Below are positions 59,020 through 64,000 of a stretch of DNA of 64,000 nt, one piece after another (the first letter of the stretch is position 1; the number at the start of each line of letters is the position of its first letter). A program made the translations under genes and the position numbers. Below the pieces are notes generated by a model. The model made no database searches, was not told where the DNA came from, and saw nothing but the letters and a program-made list of their open reading frames with translations. The stretch comes from Nannocystis pusilla (lineage in GTDB: Bacteria; Myxococcota_A; Polyangia; Nannocystales; Nannocystaceae), in NCBI RefSeq assembly GCF_051105105.1, contig NZ_CP185339.1. One strand, written 5' to 3'.

Positions 59020-59636
59020 CGCCGCCCCGTCCGCGCCAGACCTTCGCCTCCGGCGTCGCCCTGGCCATGCTGTTCGCGCTGGCGGGCTGCCGGCCCAAGG
59101 CCGGCGACCCGTGCCGCTGCGCGAGCGACTGCGGCGCCGGCCTCGAGTGTTACGCCGAGGGCGAGAAGGTCCTGTCGGGCGACGCCTGCTTCAAGCCGGG
59201 CGTCATCGGCCAGTGCGTCGTCTCCGAGAGCGTCGACACCGACTCCGCCGGCCCCGGCCTGCCCGACATGCCGATCCGCGACGACCTCCCGTCCAAGCGC
59301 GACATCGCCGGCCCGGGCAGCAACAGCCTCAGCGAGAGTGCCAGCGGCCCGACCGACGGCTCGGCCACCGCCTCGTCGATGACCGGCACGACCACCGACG
59401 GCACCGCCACCGACGGCACCGCCACCGACAGCACGGCGACCGACGGCACCGCCACCGACACCACGACCACCTCGTCGACCACCGACACGACCACCTCGTC
59501 GACCACCGACACGACCACGACCTCGAGCACCACCGACTCGTCCACCACGAGCACCTCGACCGACTCGACGACGACGACCACGGGCTCGACCACTGACTCG
59601 ACCAGCTCGACCAGCACCGGGAGCTCGTCGGGATGA
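59016..59636 (+). CDS. Cys-rich lipoprotein with a long Thr/Ser-rich tail
   Basis: GTG start overlapping the greA stop. LFALAGC gives the lipobox. A Cys-rich module (CRCASDCGAGLECYAEGEKVLSGDAC) is followed by a (TTD/TST)n tail. Confidence 0.6.
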   Translation: MTPPRPRQTFASGVALAMLFALAGCRPKAGDPCRCASDCGAGLECYAEGEKVLSGDACFKPGVIGQCVVSESVDTDSAGPGLPDMPIRDDLPSKRDIAGPGSNSLSESASGPTDGSATASSMTGTTTDGTATDGTATDSTATDGTATDTTTTSSTTDTTTSSTTDTTTTSSTTDSSTTSTSTDSTTTTTGSTTDSTSSTSTGSSSG

Positions 59637-60118
59637 CGGAGGCCGAGGCCCACTGGCTGTGGCGCCTCGACGCGGACGCCTGGATGCGGTCCGCCCTGGC
59701 CGAGCTCGAGGCCGGCGCCGACCACGTCGCCGTCCGCCGCACCGCCCTCACCCACGCCCGCCGCGCCGCCGGGATGGCCCTCAACGCCGTCCTGGTCGCC
59801 TGGGCGCGCGCCCAAGGCACCTCGGACGCCCTCGCCGCCGCCGAGTCACGCTGGGGCCGCAGCTACGTCGACCACCTGCGCCTGCTCGGCGACAGCGGCC
59901 CCGAGAACCAGGTCCCGCTCGAAGCCCGCGCCGCCGAGGCTGCCCGCGCGCTCATGGCCATCCCCGTCGCCATCACCGCCGGTTCCGCCGGCGCCGAGGT
60001 TCTCGTCCAGCTCCACCGCGGCCCCAACCAGGCAGCGCAGCAGGGCCTCGACCACGCCCGGGCCATCGTCCACGCCTGCGCGACCGCCATCGCCGACCTG
60101 CGAACCGCCGCTCTGTAG
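59633..60118 (+). CDS. HEPN-domain protein
   Basis: WLWRLDADAWMRSALAELEAGADHVAVRRTALTHARRAAGMALNAVLV matches the HEPN (PF05168-type) helical pattern with an R-x4-H motif. ATGA overlap with the upstream gene. Confidence 0.5.
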   Translation: MTEAEAHWLWRLDADAWMRSALAELEAGADHVAVRRTALTHARRAAGMALNAVLVAWARAQGTSDALAAAESRWGRSYVDHLRLLGDSGPENQVPLEARAAEAARALMAIPVAITAGSAGAEVLVQLHRGPNQAAQQGLDHARAIVHACATAIADLRTAAL

Positions 60119-60235
60119 CGACCGCTCGCAAGCCGGAGCCGTGGCCCTCACGCCATCGCTCGGAGCGCTCGTCCCCCGCCGCGCGAGCGCTTGCCCGCGT
60201 CCTCGCCGACGCTCGCTCGAGCGCACGGCGTCCTC

Positions 60236-60540
60236 ATCCACGCTCGCTGGACCGCGCGAGCGCCCGAGCGCCTCGTCGTTCTTGCTCACTCCGCGACCAC
60301 GCGCGCATCGCCCTCGTCGCCACTCGCCCGAGCGCCCGAGCGCCTCGTCGTTCTTGCTCGCTCTGCGAGCACGCGCGCATCGCCCTCGTCGCCACTCGCG
60401 CGAGCGCCCGAACGCCTCGTCGTTCTTGCTCACTCCGCGACCACGCGCGCATCGCCCTCGTCGCCACTCGCCCGAGCGCCCGAGCGCCTCGTCGTTCTTG
60501 CTCACGCCGCGACCACGCGCGCATCGCCCTCGTCGCCGTT
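60236..60540. repeat. four near-identical 72-bp tandem repeats
   Basis: Unit gagcgcccgagcgcctcgtcgttcttgctcactccgcgaccacgcgcgcatcgccctcgtcgccactcgcc. Copies start at ~60266, 60338, 60410 and 60482. Confidence 0.85.
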
Positions 60541-60965
60541 CATCGAGCTCCTGCTCGCGGCTCGCCCGCTCGAGCGCTCGTCCTCCGCGCGAACCAGCGG
60601 ACCGCATCACCCGACTTGCAGACCTCATGTACGGCCCGTCACGCCGCGCCCGAAGCCGATCCCCGCGCCACCCCCGATCCATGGCGAGCGCCACAACAGG
60701 TCCCGCACGTCGCGCTCGCATCGGACACAAGTCCGGAGCGCTCATGCGCCGCGCTCGCCTCGGACACAAGTCCGGCGAGCCCATGCGCTGCGATCGCGAT
60801 CCATCTCGCGGACAACAGTCCGTCGCGCACCCCCCGGGTCCTTGCAGCTGCGTCATCCGGACATCAGTCCGCGAACCGACCGCGACATCGGTCCGCGATC
60901 GGACCCCACGCCCTCGCGCCGGCACGCATCGGGCCGCGGACGCAGGCACCTGCTACTGTGAGCGC

Positions 60966-61817
60966 ATGTTCGACGCGCAGCTCCGCGGCCCCGGCGTCAC
61001 CGCCGCCCGGCTCGTCTCTGTCCTCGCGTTCCTGTCCTTCGGGGCATGTCAGCGTGTCCCCTACGACGACGACGACAGCGCCGGCAACCAGGGCGACGAC
61101 GAGAGCGACACGGACACCGAAGGCGGGGGCGACACGCAGCCGACCACGGGAGCGCCCGAGCCGCCGCCGGACCTCAACCCGGTCTACGACTGTGAACCGT
61201 CCGGAACTCCCGCATGTCCCGAAGGACAGAAGTGCACCGCGGTCAGCGAGGGCGGCCTGCAGAACCACTTCAAGTGCGTGCCCGACGACAGCGCGATCCT
61301 GCCGCTCGAGCCGTGCGTGCCTGCGCCCGAGAGCGGACAGGACGGGTGCGGCGCCGGCACCGTGTGCCTCTCGCCGATCCAGGACGATCCGACCTCCGGC
61401 CTGTGTTTCCCGCTGTGCCGCAACAACGTCGACTGCGACCCCGGCCTGTGCGTCACCAGTCCCTTCAGCGGCACGACCTACTGCGCGGACAGCTGTGATC
61501 CTCTCGTGGCCGTCTGTCCGCCCAACCTCGGCTGTCGCCAGGGCACCGATCGATTCGTCTGCGAGATGCTGCTCAACGTCGACATGGGCACCGAGGGCGC
61601 CAATTGCTCGGAGTTCAACGGCCGCGGCTGCGCCCCCACGTACGTGTGCATGCCGGGGGCGCTGGTGCCGAATTGCGGCTCTTCCAGCTGCTGCACCTCG
61701 ACCTGCGCCACGAACGAGGGCGACGCGCAGTGCGCGTCGCCCTCCCTCTGTGAACCGCTGTTTCCGAGCCCCGCGCCCGGGTTCGAGAGCATCGGGGCCT
61801 GCTTCGTGCCGGCTTAG
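60966..61817 (+). CDS. Cys-rich repeat lipoprotein (myxobacterial Cys-rich repeat type)
   Basis: Signal plus lipobox LAFLSFGAC, an acidic linker, then ~30 Cys in repeated C-x-n-C-x-n-C modules (CPEGQKCTAV..., CGAGTVCLSP..., CRNNVDCDPGLC...). Confidence 0.7.
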   Translation: MFDAQLRGPGVTAARLVSVLAFLSFGACQRVPYDDDDSAGNQGDDESDTDTEGGGDTQPTTGAPEPPPDLNPVYDCEPSGTPACPEGQKCTAVSEGGLQNHFKCVPDDSAILPLEPCVPAPESGQDGCGAGTVCLSPIQDDPTSGLCFPLCRNNVDCDPGLCVTSPFSGTTYCADSCDPLVAVCPPNLGCRQGTDRFVCEMLLNVDMGTEGANCSEFNGRGCAPTYVCMPGALVPNCGSSSCCTSTCATNEGDAQCASPSLCEPLFPSPAPGFESIGACFVPA

Positions 61818-61822
61818 CCCGT

Positions 61823-62434
61823 TCAGGGCTTGAGACAGGCGATCATCGAGACGATGAACTCGTCGACGAAGCTCTGCTCGTCCTTGCGCGGGAACGCCGG
61901 ATGCGCCTCGCTGATGCGCCCCGACAGCAGCATCGTGCAGAGCCCGTGGAGCGACATCCAGATACGGAACGAGGCGAGCGACAGGTCAACGTCGCCGCGC
62001 CAGCAGCCGCGCGCCGCGCCCTCCTCGAGCCAGCCCTGGAACGTCTTGAGCGGGCGCAGCAGCAGGTCCACCTCCTCGGTGTTGTGCTGCGACCAATCGA
62101 TCTGCTCGTTACCCATCATCACCGAGTACAGCCACTTGTGCGACTTGGCGAATTGCACATAGTTGCGCCCGGCGTTGACCAGGCGCTCGGCCGGGTCCTC
62201 GGTCGATGCTGCGGGCTCCAATACCTCGCTCTGCAGCAGTTCGGCCCCGTAGATCCGGATCTCGCGGAGGATCTTCGATTTACTCTCGAAGTGCTGATAG
62301 AGCGCCGTGGCGCTGACTCCGAGGCGGGCCGCAATGCCGCGCATCGTCAGCCCTTCTTCACCCCGCTCGCTCCCGATCTCGAGGCTGGTTTGGATGATTC
62401 CCTGTCGTAGGCCTGCTCGCTGAACACGTGACAT
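61823..62434 (-). CDS. TetR/AcrR-family transcriptional regulator
   Basis: N-terminal HTH LTMRGIAARLGVSATALYQHFESKSKIL. Confidence 0.9.
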   Translation of the reverse strand: MSRVQRAGLRQGIIQTSLEIGSERGEEGLTMRGIAARLGVSATALYQHFESKSKILREIRIYGAELLQSEVLEPAASTEDPAERLVNAGRNYVQFAKSHKWLYSVMMGNEQIDWSQHNTEEVDLLLRPLKTFQGWLEEGAARGCWRGDVDLSLASFRIWMSLHGLCTMLLSGRISEAHPAFPRKDEQSFVDEFIVSMIACLKP

Positions 62435-62469
62435 TCCTCATGACTAGCAGGTTTTTTTGCCTGACGGAA

Positions 62470-62520
62470 CCTTGGATTTCGCTGGGGGCGCAACTTGGAA
62501 CAAGGTTCGTAACCCCCAAA
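62470..62520. promoter_or_regulatory. inverted repeat in the TetR / cysQ-like divergent region (candidate operator)
   Basis: cgGAACCTTGg-N27-cCAAGGTTCg, in a lower-GC intergenic block. Confidence 0.3.
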
Positions 62521-62706
62521 AATGACGTTCAGCGAGAAAAATGCCAGCCTCGGGCTGTGGCTGATTTCCGCTGTTTTGTCGCCAGGTTATTCAACATTAC
62601 ACCACATATCAGGCGAACCCCGATGACCCGGTCCCGGCCGCGTCCTCAGTGAGATCTCGCCACCCCCTTCAGAGAGCGCCCGAGGGCGCCGGAAAGAGTT
62701 CCCCGC

Positions 62707-63573
62707 GTGGCCACTTTCGACCCCGAGCTCCGACTCGTCCTCTCGCTCGCCCGCGAGGCCGGCGCCATCGCCCTGGCCTATCAGACAGGTGGTGCCAACG
62801 TCATGCAGGCCCAGGACAAGCCTGACGACGCTGGCCCGGTCACTCGTGCGGACACCGAGATCAACGCGCGCCTGGTCGCTGCGCTGCGCGCGGCCTTCCC
62901 CGGCGACGCGGTCGTCGCCGAGGAGTCCGCCGACGACGCCGCCGCAGCCGCCAACGTCTCGCGCTGCTGGTACGTCGACCCGATCGACGGCACCGCCGAG
63001 TACGCCCGCGGCGAGAGCTGCTGGGCGATCCAGATCGGCCTCTGCATCGGCGGCGAACCCGTCCTCGGCGTCGTCTACGAGGCCGGCGCGGCCCGCCTCT
63101 CGTGGGGCGTCTGCACGTCCGATCGGCGCGAGGCGTTCGTCGTCGACGACAGCGGCGCGGCCACCCCGCTGCATGCCAGCGGTCGCTCGCTCGCCGAGCT
63201 GCGCCTCGTCAGCAGCCTGAGTCACGCCTCCCCGAAGACCCTCGAGGTCATGCAGGTCCTCGGCATCCCGCCCGAGCGCAACCTCCGGCTCGGCTCCGTC
63301 GGCGTGAAGGTGGGCACCATCGCCCGCGGCGAGGCCGACCTATATGTCCACCCGCGCAGCGGCACCAAGCTGTGGGACACCTGCGCGCCGTGGGCCCTGT
63401 TGCGCGCGGTCGGCGGCGTCATCACCGACCTGTGGGGCCATCCACTGATCTACGACCCGCGCCGGCTCGGCCACGACAATGGTTTGGTCGCCTCGCACGG
63501 CGCGCACCACGACGACATCCTCGCGGCCATCCGTCCGCTCGTCGACGCCTGGTACCGCTCGCCGCACGCATGA
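62707..63573 (+). CDS. inositol monophosphatase / 3'(2'),5'-bisphosphate nucleotidase (CysQ-like) family protein
   Basis: AEESADD...WYVDPIDGTAEYARG...WDTCAPWALL are the IMPase motifs. Confidence 0.85.
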   Translation: MATFDPELRLVLSLAREAGAIALAYQTGGANVMQAQDKPDDAGPVTRADTEINARLVAALRAAFPGDAVVAEESADDAAAAANVSRCWYVDPIDGTAEYARGESCWAIQIGLCIGGEPVLGVVYEAGAARLSWGVCTSDRREAFVVDDSGAATPLHASGRSLAELRLVSSLSHASPKTLEVMQVLGIPPERNLRLGSVGVKVGTIARGEADLYVHPRSGTKLWDTCAPWALLRAVGGVITDLWGHPLIYDPRRLGHDNGLVASHGAHHDDILAAIRPLVDAWYRSPHA

Positions 63574-63577
63574 CCTT

Positions 63578-63645
63578 GCGGACAGGTGTCCTGGCACAGG
63601 TTCTATCGGACATGTGTCCTCGAACCTGTCCGTGCGGACATGCCC
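63578..63645. repeat. REP-like cluster between convergent genes
   Basis: cggacaggtgtcctggcacaggttctatcggacatgtgtcctcgaacctgtccgtgcggacatgccc. Confidence 0.7.
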
Positions 63646-63658
63646 GCAAGCGCCGACC

Positions 63659-64000
63659 TCAGCGCGACTTCGCGATGATGACGATCGCCGCGATCACCGC
63701 GGCCACCAGCAGGACCGTCAGCACGATCTTGGCCACGCTCCACGGCCGCTCGCCCGCGACCTCGCCGGTGCGAGCGTTGACGATGAAGCGGAACACCTTC
63801 TCTTTGTAGCGGAAGCTCGAGATCCACAGCGGCAGGAGCACGTGCTTGCACCGCACCTCCGCGTGGCGGACCTGCATCGACAGGATCTGCTGCACGTCGC
63901 CGCCGATGTCGCTGCGGATGGCCGAGCGGATCTCCGGCTGCATGCGCTCGTCGGCGATCTGGAACCCGTCCTCGAGCCCGATCCGGTAGCGCTCGGCGAT
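63659..64000 (-). CDS. hypothetical membrane protein, C-terminal part (gene starts beyond the window end)
   Basis: The ORF reads ...MQPEIRSAIRSDIGGDVQQILSMQVRHAEVRCKHVLLPLWISSFRYKEK...IVLTVLLVAAVIAAIVIIAKSR*, with a C-terminal TM helix. Confidence 0.5.
   Translation of the reverse strand: MAERYRIGLEDGFQIADERMQPEIRSAIRSDIGGDVQQILSMQVRHAEVRCKHVLLPLWISSFRYKEKVFRFIVNARTGEVAGERPWSVAKIVLTVLLVAAVIAAIVIIAKSR

Overview
This 64-kb window is very high GC (about 70-72%) and densely coding on both strands, with strong GC3 bias. The gene content points to a myxobacterium (Myxococcota). Evidence: a MYXO-CTERM sorting signal (GCGC...hydrophobic...RRRR), six paralogous Cys-rich/Thr-rich secreted lipoproteins, several large Ser/Thr kinases including a kinase-AAA-TPR fusion, an FHA/TonB-C (AgmX/PglI-like) protein and a Gly/Arg-rich RRM protein. 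Housekeeping genes are present: metG, carB-greA, purT, apaG, an ABC-F ATPase, slt (lytic transglycosylase) and an M4 secreted protease. I found no transposase, integrase, CRISPR array, rRNA or tRNA. Four things stand out. (1) A family of short GGACA/TGTCC inverted-repeat elements, REP/BIME-like, clustered at gene 3' ends and between convergent genes all through the window. (2) A compact signalling island at 28.7-36.7 kb. It has two slr1658/slr1659-type partner-switching pairs, one of them fused to a SAM methyltransferase, flanking a Cache-HAMP-PP2C sensor phosphatase, followed by a class III nucleotidyl cyclase and a convergent cNMP-binding Ser/Thr kinase. (3) A lower-GC structured small-RNA candidate with its own promoter and intrinsic terminator at 21.6-21.8 kb, next to an array of hairpin-forming tandem repeats. 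(4) At least five single-nucleotide frame disruptions in otherwise intact conserved genes (metG, the sensor phosphatase twice, a kinase C-terminus, a MYXO-CTERM protein). This pattern suggests indel errors in the assembly more than real pseudogenes. Many long ORFs in the six-frame track are out-of-frame artefacts typical of high-GC DNA and were not annotated.
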